Source: Octopus vulgaris
Taxonomy: Eukaryota
Reading direction: 5' to 3'
NCBI GenBank assembly: GCA_951406725.2
Contig: OX597824.1
Coordinates: forward strand, 11,346,001 to 11,410,000
Length of the DNA: 64,000 bases
Positions 1-14,860 of this stretch are shown here, piece by piece. Under the pieces are notes generated by a model. The model had not been told where the DNA came from. It saw only the letters and a program-made list of their open reading frames with translations, and did no database searches. The position numbers and the translations under genes are program-made. Position 1 is the stretch's first letter. Every line of letters begins with the position of its first letter.

Positions 1-239
1 CTACCAACTCGCCACCTGTGTGTGTCTTTTCGTGTGTGTTTGTTCCCCACCCTTACTTGACAACTAGGATTGGTATGTTTAAGTCCCTGTAACTTAGCAG
101 TTTGGCAAAAGAGGCCAATAGAATAAGAACCAGGCTTTGGAAAAAAAAAAAACTAGGGTTGGTTCATTTGACTAAAAACTCTTCAAGGCTCCAGCATGGC
201 CATAGTCTAATAACTGAAACATGTAAAAAATAAAAGATA

Positions 240-327
<88 letters not shown>

Positions 328-338
328 GTGCATCGCTT

Positions 339-384
<46 letters not shown>

Positions 385-869
385 CAGACAGATAGTACGT
401 AAGTAAAGTATGATTGATAGGTGTAAGTATGTATTAGTTTGTGTATATATTTATATATGTACACATGTATGTATGTATGTATGTATGTATGTATTTATGT
501 AAGTACAGCTGGCAAGACAGATAGTTAAACAAACAGATAGACAGACAGAAAGCAAAGAGATCTTGTAAGTTGTGAAAAGCACCAGAAGAGATGTAATAAT
601 CACTTTTAATTAAGGGTGGGGCAAGAAAAAAAAGCTGTACTGTAACTAATACTGTTATTTTATCGTTGTAGTACTACTGTTTACTGATGTGCTATCATAG
701 TTTAGTTGTGTGACTATTTCAGTTGGGATAACAGTACAACAGGGTGGCAAAAAACGATTAGATTAGAGATTATCAAAGGTGACTTGAAAAATACTTGGCG
801 TCAGGAAGGGCATCCAGGTATAAAACATTGTCCCAAAAGACATCTGATGTAACTTATACCGGGTGGAGA

Positions 870-1440
870 ACGATGATGATGATGAGGTGAAGGAGCGGGA
901 AGGGGAAGGGGGAAGGAAGGAGGAGGAGGAGGGGGAAGGAAGGAGGAGGAGGAGGAGGAGGAGGGAGAGAAGAAGAGGAGGAGGAAAGAAGGAAAAGGAA
1001 GAAAAGAGAGGAGAAAAAGAAGGAAGAGGAAGAGAAGGGAGGAGAAAGAGAAGAGGAGGGAAGAGAAATAGAAGGAAGAGGAAGAGAAGTGAAGAGAAGA
1101 GGAAGGGAAGGAAGGGAGGATGAGGAAGAGGAAGAAGAAAAGGAAAGGGGAGGAGAAGGAGGAGGAGGAAAAGAGGATGAAGAAGAGGAGGAGGAGGAAC
1201 GAGTAGGGGTGAAGGAGGAAGAGGGGAGAAGGGAGATGTTGGTAAAGAGGAGGATGATGGTGATGATGATGATGATGGTGATGCTCATGGCAATGATGAT
1301 GACAGCAATAGTAATAATGATGACGACGATGATGCTGGTAGTGTTGATTACAACAGTGATGACAATGATAATGATTGTGATGATGACAACAATGATGGTG
1401 GTGATGATGATGATGACTATAATGATGATAATGATGAGGA
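870..1440. repeat. GA-rich then (ATG)n low-complexity tract
   Basis: Direct reading. Confidence 0.9.
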
Positions 1441-2440
1441 TTAACAATTTAGAAGTACATTCACATCATTATTAATTCAACTATCCAGTATTATCCAGCA
1501 AAGAGATTAAGATAATACCACTTTATCTGTTTTTAGCAGTTATTACATATTCAAACACCAAATTCTTTAATGAATTAATGGTTCATCCCTAAATAACTGC
1601 AGGTCATTTTTTGTTAATTTATAAACACATTAGCTAGGGTTGGATGGAGCTACAAATTTAGGTATTTGTGTATCTTTTATCTTTCTTTTACTTGTTTCAG
1701 TCATAGAACTGAAGCCTTGTTGGGACACTACCTTGAAGGAGTTAGTTGAGGAAATTGACCCTAGTATTTATTCACCAGTCTGGTACTTACTCTATCAGTA
1801 TCTTTTGCTGAACTGCTTTGTTATGGGGATGTAAACAAACCAACACCGATTATCAATTAGTTATGGGAAGGACAAACACAAACACAAAGATAAGCATATG
1901 CACACACAGACACACACATACATGTGTGTGTGATGGGCTTCCACACAGTTTCCATCTATGAAATTCACTCACAAAGCATTGATTGGCCTGGGGCTACAGT
2001 AAAAGACCCTTGCCCAAGATTCCGTGCTGTAGGACTGAACATGAGGCCACATGCCACATGGTTGCCAAGCAACTTTTCTAACTACATACCCAAGCATAAT
2101 TCTTATAAAAACAATTACTTCACTCCACTTTTTCTTAATGGCTACACAACATACAGAACCCAAAATCTGTTAAAATAATGAAAATTAGAACTGTTTATTG
2201 TTTTCCATACTTATTTTGTCTGTGTTTTTTAATGCGCAGGCATGGCTGTGTGGTAAAGAGCTTGCTTACAAACTAAATGGTTCTGGGTTCAGTCCCACTG
2301 TGTTCCACCTTGTGCAAGTGTCTTCTATCGGTCTCTTTTGCCGAACTGCTAAGTTACGGGGACGTAAACACACCAGCATCGGTTGACAAGCGATGTTGGG
2401 GGGATGAACACAAACACAGAAACATATACATACATATATA

Positions 2441-2640
2441 CTGTTGTATCTGGGGAGAGTCATTTTCTTTTTTTGTGCCTTATAATATAACACACTCACT
2501 GGTAAAATTTCCACTTTTTTCTTATTTTTATTTTCCTAAAATTTTCGTTGCGTCTTGCAACCTTTTCAATAGTTTTGACTATAAAGTTCAACACACAAAC
2601 TCATATAAAGAATCTTGCAAACCAAATCCAAAAATGAAAT
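2441..2640. mobile_element. Second copy of the 58285 family, inserted in the microsatellite of a SINE; hammerhead-like motif at 2536-2572 (-)
   Basis: 2441-2580 matches 58360-58603. 2587-2640 is an inverted copy of the segment at 58298-58350. Confidence 0.7.
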
Positions 2641-3318
2641 ATATATATACATATATACAATGGGCTTTTTTCAGTTTCCATCTACCAAATCCACTCACAA
2701 GGCTTTGGTCGGCCCGAAGCTATAGTAGAAGACACTTGCCCAAGGTGCCACACAGTGGGACTGAACCTGGAACCATGTGGTTTGTAAGCAAGCTACTTAC
2801 CACACAGCCACTCCTACACCTATAAACAAAACTTTGATAGATTATTTGAATGCACTTCAAATTTCTTCTAAATATATCCTATTATTGTTACAATAGGCAC
2901 AGCTTTGAGAAACAAAGGGAAACTTACTACAAGAAACCAGTATTCTACACAGTAAGGAAGAGAGAAGCAATATGGTGCAACTGATAAGATATTGTATTGC
3001 TATCTTATAGGTCAATAGGGAGGTGTCCATCAACCATTATAACATCTGCAAGATAACATCCAGGGAAAGTAAATGTTACCTTCAGGAATTATATGACCAG
3101 AAATTTCTATCATTTCCCAAAATGCAGCCAAATATTCTGGTTCCTTGCCAAAAGAATCTTGACTTAATTTTCAGTTTGGCTGTTTTCATCACCACAACCA
3201 ACATCATCATCATCATCACATCTTAATGTCCACTTTTCCTTCCTTGCATTGGTCGGATGAAGTTTATTGAGGTAGATTTTCTTTGACAGGTGACCTTCAT
3301 AGGAAGGGCACCTTCATA

Positions 3319-3715
3319 GGCGCAGGAGTGGTTATGTGGTAAGTAGCTTGCTTACCAACCACATAGTTCCGGGTTCAGTCCCACTGTGTGGCACCTTGGG
3401 CAAGTGTCTTCTACTATAGCCTCAGGCTGACCAAAGCCTTGTGAGTGGATTTGGTAGATGGAAACTGAAAGAAGCCCGTCGTATATATGTAAATGCATAT
3501 GTGTGTGTGTGTGTCTGTGTTTGTACCCCCAACATCGCTTGACAACCGATGCTGGTATGTTTACGTCCCCGTAACTTACCGGTTTGGCAAAAGAGATGGA
3601 TAGAATAAGTACTAGGCTTACAAAGAATAATTCCTGGGGTCGATTTGCTTGACTAAAGGCAGTGCTCCAGCATGGCCGCAGTCAAATGACTGAAACAAGT
3701 AAAAGAGTAAAAGAG
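3319..3715 (+). mobile_element. tRNA-headed SINE family A, full-length example (>15 copies in window)
   Basis: A/B-box-like head (ggttcagtccc), central (TA/TG)n, AAAAGAGT-repeat tail. Other copies near 1, 1680, 2320, 11155, 13450, 15630, 16478, 21522, 33250, 34372, 39445, 46527, 58665, 60670 and 62637. Confidence 0.85.
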
Positions 3716-6700
3716 AGCAGAGAATAATCTTCACTTGTTTTCAAGCAAGATAATATCCCATGGACAGACATGTTTTGGTAGACTATTGGAAATGAACGAC
3801 ACTGCCTGTATCACAGTGACACTCACTTACAACTATCATGCCATGTCAAGACGAAGATACACACACTCGCTCACTTACTCACACACACACACACACATTC
3901 ATGAGTGCATATGGCCTCATGATTACGATGTTGTACTCATGTGTGTGTGTTTGTTGTTTGTTCCTTCTCGAGCCATGCCTGGCTCATAAGGGCCGGTTTC
4001 CCGGTTTCTTGGCGTATAGGTTCCCCACCTGGACGGGACGCCGGTCCATCACAGGTGAGCTGCAAGATGCAGGAGGAAAGAGTGAGAGAAAGTTGTGGCG
4101 AAAGAGTCAGCAGAAGTTCGCCATTACCTTCTCTCGGAGCTGCAAGGAGCTTAGGTGTTTCATTCATAAACACACACATCGCCCGGTCTGAGATTCGAAC
4201 CCACGATCCCTCGACCTGAGTCCACTGCTCTAACCACTAGGCCATGTGCATCCACATGTGTGTGTGTGTATGTGCATGCGTGTGCATGTGCATGTGTGTG
4301 CATGTGTGTGTGCATGTATACATGTATGAGGGCATGTGGCCAAGTGGTTAGAGAGTTGTACTCATGATCATGAGATTGTGTGTTCGATTCTTGGATTGGA
4401 CAGTGTGTCGTGTCCTTGAGCAAAACTCTTAATTTTTCTTTGCTCTGTGATTTTTGTAGCATGTATCATACTTTCATTAATTGTTTTAAGTACCTATGTA
4501 GTCATGAACAGACACAGATACTCCCTTGGGCCCTCCCATCATTGACCCAGTGGAATACTGAGGGTTGTGATGCCTGGAGGGAAAGAAGGCAGTGCCGGTA
4601 CTCAGCTGGTACTCTATTTTCAGCTGAGTAACTAGTGTGAAGACGCATGACTCAGTGGTTAGAGTGTCGAGCTTATGATCGTGAGGTTGTGAGTTCGAAT
4701 CCCGGACCGGGCTGCATTGTATTCTTGAGCAAGACACTTTATTTCACATTGCTCCAGTTCACTCAGCTGTAGAAATGAGTTGCGACATCACAGGTGCCAA
4801 GGTGTAGCTGCTTTTGCCTTTCCCTTGGATAATACTTGTGGTGTGGAGAGGGGAGGCCGGTATGCATGGGTGACTGCTGGTCTTCCATAAACGACCTTGC
4901 CTGGACTTGTGCCTGGGAGGGTAACTTTCTAGGTGCAATCCCATGGTCAGTCATGACCGAAGGGGGTCTCAGCTCAGCAGACTAGAGTCATGTAAATTTA
5001 GGTTCCTTGTTCAAAAATACAATGTACCATCCAATACAGAAATTGAACCAATGACATTATGACTGTCAGCCTGACACTGTATCCACTTGGCAACGCACCT
5101 TCACAATATCTTATAGTAAAAGATATTTCAATTATAGACACAGGCAGATATTTTATTATTAGGCATAGTAAGTTGTTTTAAGATGAGTTTCAGGTAGGTA
5201 TTTGCCGGTTTTTTTTTTTTCTCCATCAGTCAGTGATTAGTAATTAAATGAGTAGTTGGAAGTTAATTTATCTGTGAAGATATATCTGCAATTTAATCCT
5301 TTATCATTCGGATTATTCTCTTGAATGTAATGCCTATTTACTCTCATTATTTTGAATTAATCATGCCTTATCTTGTAGCTTCAAGATTTTAACGATGTGA
5401 TTGTTGATTTTTAGAATGACATTGTAGGAAGGTGTGAGAGGCCAGATCTGGCCAATTTTCACATAAAACTTGTAGAATATTTAGGCTGGATATGGCTGGT
5501 TTGAATGCTAAAGTACTGAATGAAATATCTAGCTTTGCTAGACAGTGGAGATCTCTGGTTTTCTCAGCCTCCAAACCCTGTCTCTGCTCACTGATATTGG
5601 AGTTTGTTTGTTTGTTGAGTGAATTAGTCTTTGTCCTTTGTCCTGTAGTGGGAGAAGTCCGAAATGTGGTCCTTTGCTATTCGCAAGACCCACAGAAGAG
5701 AAAGCAGGTCAACCCCTGACACCGAGAGCATCGACGGATGCATGAATGCGCATCCAGGCTCAGCAGTTGCGTAGGAAGTTGGGGACAAGAAACAGGAAGG
5801 AAGAGTGAGAGAAAGTTGTAGCGAAAGAGTACAACAGGGGTCGCCACCATCCCCTGCCGGAGCCTTGTGGAGCTTTTAGGTGTTTTCGCTCAATGAACAC
5901 ACACAACGCCCGGTCTGGGAATCGAAACCGTGATCCTCCAACCACGAGTTTGCTGCCCTAACCACTGGGCCATTGCGCCTCCACTGCTATTGAAGTGGAA
6001 ATGGCTGTCTGCAATTGCCAGCCTCATGAATCAGAGTGGTTCTTCCAGTGCATCTCCCTTGTCATCCTCTGGGGCGATACCTTTTCCATTTTGTCTGCTA
6101 AGATCACGAGGCAGTTTGAATTAGAGGAAATCAGGAGAATGTAAGAATCTCGTAGCTTGCTACCTGTAGTTGGTCTGTTTATGTTGTTTCTGATGAGAGT
6201 AACTCAGCTTACCTGTAAATTTCATACCTTACATAGGAATTTTAATATTTTACTCCATTAAATAGGACGACACAACACCCTGGTAGCATTCCAATAATAT
6301 TTTATATAGAGGCGACAAAAATAAAGGTAACTCTGTGTGTGTGTGCGTGTGTGTATACAGCTGTGTGTGTGCATGTATATATTAGTGTGTGTGTCTATAT
6401 GTATGCACTTCTGTATGTTGGTTTCACCCAAACACTTATATAATGAGAGAAGTATAAATTGCTGTATAGCCATATTCTTGTCTTCTTTCTTCTTGTTTTT
6501 TTTTTTCAAACACACAATATCTAAGAGTCTATTATCCAATGTGTCCCTTTTTTTAAGGCAACAAGTTGTTTTGCGAAGAAGATTTAGCTGCTATTTCTAG
6601 CAGCTTAAGTAGTCATCTGGTATTTTTCTTCACTGGGTAAGTCAACTGTTCTCAACCATGTGCAATAATCATCATCGTTTAACGTCCGCTTTCCATGCTA

Positions 6701-9700
6701 GCATGGGTTGAATGATTTTGATTGAGGGCTGGCGAGCCAGACAGCTGCACCAGGCTCCAATCTTGATCTGGCAGAGTTTCTACAGCTGGATGCCCTTCCT
6801 AACGCCAACCACTCCGAAGTGTAGTGGGTGCTTTTTATGTGCCACTGCCACAGGGCCAGTCAGGCAGTACTGGCAATGACCTTGCTTGAATCTTTTTACA
6901 CATGCCACCGGCACAGGTGCCAGTAAGGTGACGTTGGTAACAATCATGCTGGAATGGTGCCCTTTTATGTGCCACCGGCATGGAAGCCAGTTGGCTGCTC
7001 TGGCAACGATCACGCTCGAAAATTGACACAAAATATTTTAATAACTTTTATATAATTCCTAATAATATCTAATCATAAAAAATACTAAAAGATTTTCTAA
7101 ACATTGAATGGCTCTGGTGGTTCCCCTGAGTAAAACAGAAATCAAAGGGGTCCCTAGGCAAAAAAACAGTTAAGAAACACTGGGTTAAGTGGATACAATA
7201 TTTGGGTCAGTTTGGTGCAAGTGACATGCAACTTGCTAGTTCAGAGAAGCGGATGTTGTAGCAGCATAGAACAGGAAAGGAGAAGAAACAGCCGAGCTTC
7301 TTGACATGTTTTGACATGTTGCATGTTCATTGTAAACAAAAGGGAGTCACAGCCATATCTGGAATGTTCATTGATTGATAAGCTAGAGGATTCTTATCTT
7401 GCTTGTACGGCTCATTTAATGCGTTATGGATTGCTGATTGTCTTCTGAATAACTTCATTTAGATGTTAAACCCAGGAGGATTTGAACGTTCAAGCTAGAA
7501 TGATTGTGTTTGTGTATGTGTCTGTTGTCGTAGCAATATAACTGTCCCAGATATGTGAGCAGGCATCTCTCTCTAGGCAGGAGCCATACTTCATCTTTAT
7601 AGACAGTCAACGGCTGATTGGGGTGGGGATGGGGTCAATAAAATAGGTACCAGTGAAGGGTGAGTACTAAAAATTAAAATCCATTAATTTAACTTTTATA
7701 ATGAAACCCTTACATGAAATTTAAATATTCAGAAACAGCCAAGAGGGCCACCACAAAAAGCCCTTCATCCCAGCATACATTCAGAAATGGGTTTTGCTTT
7801 CAGTTTAAATATGAATTCAGTGAGATGCTTGTTTGGGAAATCCCATACAGTATGGACAAGAGAGTATGTGCAAAAAGATGCATGCATCTTGGAATACACT
7901 GACTTGTCAGTGAAAAGACGACAAGCTGGTAAAGTTGTTTGAGCAAAGGATAGAATACTTCGTGTTGTTTGATTCAATTCCTTTAGTTTATTCTCTGGTT
8001 TATCAGACAATGAACAGCCTGGACATAGTTGTGAGCCCTATTTGTTTACAATGATCATGCAACATTCCAAGACATTTCAAGAAGCTCCAACGTTTCTCCT
8101 CCCTTCCTGTTCTATGTTGCTACAACATCCTATTCTTCTCTGAACCCAACTATTGTATCCATGTTTTACCTGTGGACCCCTTTGATCCCTATCTTGAGTT
8201 CAAATCTTCCTGGTGTTAACTTTATCCATCATTCTTCCAAGAGTGATAAAAACCAAGTACCAATACTCTCTTAAACCCTTCATTACTGGTGGAACACTGG
8301 CCATTGATAACTTTTCTCTATTCTTCTCAAGTCTACAATATTTATTTTCTGTTTCTCTTCAGTTGGATCCCTGCTTCTTTAGCTTTGCCTCAGTCCCCTT
8401 TTCCCAGCTATTTTTAAAGCATCCTCTCTTCCACCTCCGTTGTGGATTTTCATGTTTCCCTGGGGAGAAGGCCTTCCTCTCCCAGGTCATATTGACGCTT
8501 CTGTAGGTTGCCTTTTTTCTAGGCAGGGTTTGTCCCTATACAAATCCATTTTTACCTCTATGAAGAGGTGGTCCATATTTATCTGGCCTCTGCCTTTGAC
8601 TTGTCCAGCATAGGAAGCCCTACTAGGAGTTTGCACTCCTGCTTTCACAGCTCTGAGGGTCATCAAAGCACACAAGCCATCATATTGCAACAAAAACTGA
8701 ACCTTGTGAAGAGAATGGTGCCAAGCTGTGTTCTGTCTTTAAGAAAAACCATTCCCTTAGACAACATTGATTGCATGAGAAGAGGAGAATTACATACTTT
8801 GGTAACTACTAGACTTCTACAGAAAATACTTTGCCCAGATCTCCACATACAGATGCAGATGTATGGCCAATCCTGATTGAAGGAGTCTCTAAAGAGGAGA
8901 AATATTGAAAAAAAGATAGAATAATTTGGGCTAACAAGGAAGCCTCTTCCTCATTGGCTCAAATTAAGGTCATGCAATCTGCTAGAAATAGCAGACAAAT
9001 TTCAGTCAAACCACACTCTAACATTTGAAACAAGGCTGCAGAACACATTATATAATGTAACCCTGGATATATTGCGCCTGACAAGTTCATCATAACTGGA
9101 ACATTTCTGATCATAATTCTGCTTGATGAGGGAAGAATTGGGTTAAACAACAACTGTTTGATAGAAATCTTAGAAATGTGAATAAGCAGTGTCCTACCTT
9201 TTGAAACTATGTCATAACGGTAAAATCTATGGCAGAGAGGAGCAAACCTTGGCCAATGGAACTTTCTGAATATCACATCATCGTTTATCATCATTTAACG
9301 CCTGCTTTCCATGCTAGCATGGGTTGGACTATTTTGACTGCGGGCTGGCGAACAAGATGGCTGCACCAGGCTCCAATCTTGATTTGGCAGAGTTTCTACA
9401 GCTAGATGCCCTTCCTAACGCCAACCACTCCGAGAGTGTAGTGGATGCTTTTTACGTGTGCCACCAGCACGGGGACCAGTCAGGCGGTACTGGCAATGAC
9501 CTCGCTCAAATCTTTTTCACACCTATCAAAAACTTTTTTTTTAATAGAGTTACTTGCCTGTTGGTATGTGATGTCTCACTTCTTGAGAAAAAGGTTTGCC
9601 CTTGTCTGATCTATGAGATCACTCAGCCTGCATAAAACAGCAGCCAAAATTATTAATTCATACATCATAGATTTTAATTGATTGAGAAAATGTTCTTTTT

Positions 9701-10129
9701 TTTCATTATCAAAAACTGGCCAAACAAAAAACCTCTCTGATATATTTTTGGCAGCAAAGACTGATTTATTCTTAAACCTGTTGTTCAGCAATTAGGAATC
9801 TAGCATGCATCAATGATTAGCACCCATATATCAGCATGTCTGTTATACTTAATAGCTTCCGCAGTTGTCAGTGTAATAATACAGATGATGCTGGCTAATG
9901 AGATAAATGAAGGATGGTTTTCAGAACTGGCTAATAGCTATAACACAATAGAAAAGAGTTACTTTGGAGCAGTGGCCATGATATCATGACAATTGTCCTC
10001 GTAATCATCATCATGGTTTTCATCCTCGTTTTCTTTCTTTTTCGTCATTATATTTCTGTTCCCCCTTTTCATCATTGCTGTCATCACTATCATCATCACT
10101 TATCATCATCATCACCACTTTCATCCTCC

Positions 10130-10192
10130 TTCTGTCATCATAACTTTAACAACCATCATCATCACCAACACCAGTGTCATATTTTCATCATT

Positions 10193-10234
<42 letters not shown>

Positions 10235-10495
10235 TTCATGATAAGGGTAAAAACAAGATGATGATGATGATGAGACGGGAGGGGGAAGACGAAAGTGGCG
10301 ATGGTAGCGGAGATGATGATGATGATGTGATGGTGATATTGATAATCATGATAATTATGATGATGATGAAAGAGTAATTTATGATGATGAAAACATAATG
10401 ATAATGATGATGATGATGATGAAGATCATCATCATCATAACTTTAACAACCATCATCATCACCAACACCACTGTCATATTTTCATCATTATGATC

Positions 10496-10531
<36 letters not shown>

Positions 10532-10995
10532 GTCGTCGTCGTCGTCGTCATCTTCATGATAAGGGTAAAAACAAGATGATGATGATGATGATGAGACGGG
10601 AGGGGGAAGACGAAAGTGGCGATGGTGGCGGAGATGATGATGATGATGTGATGGTGATATTGATAATCATGATAATTATGATGATGATGAAAGTGTAATT
10701 TATGATGATGAAAACATAATGATGATGATGATGATGAAGATCATCATCATCATAACTTTAACAACCATCATCATCACCAACACCACTGTCATATTTTCAT
10801 CATTATGATCTTCATCTTCATCATCATCATCATCATCTTCATCATTATGTTTTTCATCATCATCATAATTATCATGATTATCAATATCACCATCACATCA
10901 TCATCATCATCATCTCCACCACCATCACCACTTTCCTCTTCCTCCTCCCACCTCATCATCATCATCATCATCTTGTTTTTACCCTTATCACCATC
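10130..10995. repeat. (CAT/ATG)n-rich block with direct and inverted duplications
   Basis: cataactttaacaacc occurs 3 times. gataagggtaaaaacaag... occurs twice and is the reverse complement of 10850-10990. Confidence 0.85.
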
Positions 10996-11386
10996 ACATG
11001 CTCAAGCTCCTCCACTTCTCTTCATCATCATTGTCATGGTTATCAAAATCACCATCACCATCGCCACCCCCAAATCTTTGTCATCATCATCATCATCAAC
11101 ACCATCCATATTTTAATCTGCTTGCTATTATTGGTTGACGAGTCTTTTATACTTTTATTCTTTTACTTGTTTCAGTCATTTGACTGTGGCCATGCTAGAG
11201 CAATGCCTTGAAGGGTTTTATTTGAACAGATCAACCCCAGGACATATTTTTATTGAAACCAAGTATTTATTCCATCAGTTTCTTTTGCTGAACTGCTAAG
11301 TAACAAGGATATAAACACATCAGCACCAGTTGTCAAGCAGTGATGGGGGTACAAACACAGACAGAAAGACACACACGCAGACATAT

Positions 11387-11485
<99 letters not shown>

Positions 11486-11649
11486 CGCCAAACTGCTAAG
11501 TTATGGGGACGTAAACACGCCAACATCAGTTGTCAAGTAATAATGGGGAGACAAACACACATACAAGCACATACACTTATATACACATACACATATGTGT
11601 GTGTGTGTGTATTTATATATATATATATATGACAGGCTTCTTTCAGCCA

Positions 11650-11800
11650 AGCATTTTCCTGATGGAAGAACACTTTTCGTCTTGAATCCAAAGATGGTCG
11701 TTTTTCTTCTAGCACTGTCTTAAGCCACTCAAGATGCTCACAGTAGATCTCCTTTGTCATTGTTTGATTTGGGCTTGAAAGTTCAAAATGGACTAAACTT
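11650..11800 (-). pseudogene. Mariner transposase fragment
   Basis: Minus-strand YCEHLEWLKTVLEEKRPSLDSRRKVFFHQENA resembles mariner 'YC.QL..L...I..KRP.L..RK.V.FHQDNA'. Confidence 0.7.
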
Positions 11801-12207
11801 TTGAGAGAGAGAGATGGGGAGAGAGCATTACACTAATAACAGCTTTGTTAAAACTTGTCCCTTTCATGTCATTCTGTTTGTCCTCCTCACCTCTTGACAA
11901 CCAGAGTTGGTTTGTTTTCATCCACATAACTTAGTGATTTGGCAACAGAGAACAACCGAATTAAAATCGAACATAAAAAAAAAAATATGCATCCTGGGAT
12001 CAACTTTTTCAGCAAACCCTTCAAGGCAGTGCCCCAGCTTGGTCACAATCCAATGAGTAAAACAAGTGAAAAAAACAAGAACATAAATTCAGAGTGTTTT
12101 GGAGTTGAAATGATTGAAGACTCTGCTTGATGCTTTGTCACTTCCTTTTCCAATGCACTACTTTCATTTCTCCAAAGAAAGGTTCTGTTTAGAATGTCAG
12201 ACCCAAA

Positions 12208-12598
12208 TCTCTCTCTATATAAAGCTGAAGTTGTCTGTGTGTGGCAGGTTTGGTAGCCTTCAACTAACACTATCTCCTCCGAGACCCTGCAGTGCAAGTC
12301 GACCAAAATTGAGAGTATGATAGAAGAAGACTTGCTCTTCCTTCCGTAGAAGAAAAATTCAAATCAGACCATGTTAACACCAAAAATTATTTACATTAAA
12401 AAGGTGCTTTTTTTCTATGAAAATCCCTATTTTTTATGATTTTTTGACTGCTGTGTTACCATTTTTCGGTGTATTTCAACCAGAAAAATGTTCACTTAAA
12501 GAGAATAACAAGCTACATAATGCAAAATTTTTACTTTTCAAAAATTCCAATTCTAAAGGGTCAAAACAAACCTGAGCAACGCCAGGCGATGCTGCTAG
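12208..12598 (+). mobile_element. Non-autonomous Helitron
   Basis: 5' TC after A, subterminal hairpin cctgagcaacgccagg, 3' CTAG before T, no TSD. Confidence 0.8.
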
Positions 12599-14550
12599 TA
12601 TTTTTTATTAGAACCTCTTTATGGATTAGAGGTTTATGCCATCATTTTTAAGGATCTCAAAACTGAAGATTATAAGGTCCTTACTTACCTGAATTAAGAC
12701 AATATGTAAAACAAACACGGTGAGCTGGCAGAATCGTTAGCATGCCAGGCGAAATGCTTGGCGGTATTTCATCTGCCGTTACTTTCTGAGTTCAAATTCC
12801 GCCGAGGTGGACTTTGCCTTTCATCCTTTCGGGGGTCAATAAATTAAGTACCAGTTACGCACTGGGGTCGATATAATCGACTTAATCCGTTTGTCTGTCC
12901 TTGTTTGTCCCCTCTGTGTTTAGCCCCTTGTGGGTAGTAAAGAAACAGGTATTTTGTCTGCCACTATGTTCTGAGTTAAAATTCCGCTGAGGTCAACTTT
13001 ACCTTTCATCCTTTCGGGTTCGATTAAATAAGTACAAGTTACGCACTGGGGTTGATGTAATCAACTTAATCCGTTTCTCTGTCCTTGTTTGTCCTCTCTG
13101 TGTTTAGCCCCTTGTGGGTAGTAAAGAAACAGGTATTTTGTCTGCCACTATGTTCTGAGTTCAAATTCTGCCAATTTTTTGCATTTTATTAACATAGTCA
13201 GAGAAGCTGGGTCAAGGTCAATACCCTTTGTGAAAAATCCCATACAAGGTTTCTAAGTGTCCTTTCTTTGTAATGCAGGTCATGGAAATGCATGAGAGCA
13301 GAAACTAACACGGATATCATTGTCCTCTTTACACTATTAGCCATTGTTCAATGACCCAACTTACAAACTACATCATGTACACTAAGAGATATACCAACAC
13401 ATATATGAATGCCAGCTTTATATTGTAAGCTATTGTTCTGATTCTCACACAGGAGTGGCCCTGTGGTAAGTAGCTTGCTAACCAACCACATGGTTGCAGG
13501 TTCAGTCCCACTGCGTGGCATCTTGGGCAAGTGTCTTCTGCTATAGCCCCGGGCCGACCAATGCCTTGTGAGTGGATTTGGTAGACGGAAACTGAAAGAA
13601 GCCTGTCGTATATATGTATATATATATATGTATGCGTGTGTGTGTTTGTGTGTCTGTGTCTGTCCCCCTAGCATTGCTTGACAACCGATGCTGGTGTGTT
13701 TACGTCCCCGTCACTTAGCAGTTCGGCAAAAGAGACCGATAGAATAAGTACTGGGCTTACAAAGAATAAGTCCCGGGGTCGATTTGATTGACTAAAGGCG
13801 GTGCTCCAGCATGGCCACAGTCACATGACTGAAACAAGTAAAGAGTGTTGTAGATAAAAAAAACTTAGCTGTATGATTTACAAGTTTACTTGGCAACAAT
13901 GTAGCTTTGGGTTTCACCCTTTAACATTCAAAACCAGCCGTATCCTGCCAAAATATTCTACTTGCTTTATGGTCCTAAATTTATGATTTCAATTCTCGGA
14001 TTGGGCCATGTTTTTGAGCAAAACATCGCATTTCACATACCTTTCAGTTCACTCTGCTGGCAATACTGAGTAACCCTGTGACAGACCTGTGTCCCATCCA
14101 GGGGAGGAATATATATGCCACAGTATCTGAGAAACCAGCCTTTTGAACCTATGCCTTGGGAAAGAACTTTGATCCCTTTTTGATGGATGGACAGATGGAC
14201 GGACGGATGAATGGATGGATGGATGGATGGATGGATGGATGGATGGATGGACGTATGCATGCATCTATCTACCTATATATGTATGTGTATATGTATACAT
14301 GTGTGTGTTTATATGAGTTGGTATTTCCTTGTTTTTACATTGAATGATTACTGTAAATGAATGTCACCACCATACAAGCAGTGTCCTTCATTCCTGGTAA
14401 TCCGTGAAAACATGTCCAGCTACGGGGGAAACATTACCTCACTTGGAAACAGATGAGGGGTTAGCAACAGGAAGGGAATCTGGACATAGAGAAACTTGCC
14501 TCAGCAAATTCCGCCCAACCCATGCAAGCATGGAAAAGCAGAACATTAAA

Positions 14551-14551
14551 A

Positions 14552-14585
<34 letters not shown>

Positions 14586-14799
14586 GGTGGTGGTGGTGGT
14601 GGTGATGATGATGGTGGTGGTGGTGGTGGTGGTGGTGGTGATGATGATGATGATGATGATGATGGTGATGATGATGGTGGTGGTGGTGGTGTGGTGGTGG
14701 TGGTGGTGATGATGGTGATGATGATGGTGATGATGATGATGGTGGTGGTGGTGGTGGTGGTGGTGGTGGTGGTGGTGGTGGTGGTGGTGGTGGTGGTGG

Positions 14800-14845
<46 letters not shown>

Positions 14846-14860
14846 GGTGGTGGTGGTGGT
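14551..14860. repeat. (ATG)n/(GTG)n compound trinucleotide repeat
   Basis: Direct reading. Extends from a retroposon tail. Confidence 0.95.

Noticed and set aside
6183-6215. CTGATGA-GAG-taa-CTC hammerhead-like start
   Set aside because: No GAAA after the stem and no stem I partner.
12681-12700. Strong minus-strand donor cag|gtaagt
   Set aside because: Upstream sequence is a few AT-rich bases and then a SINE, so there is no plausible exon.
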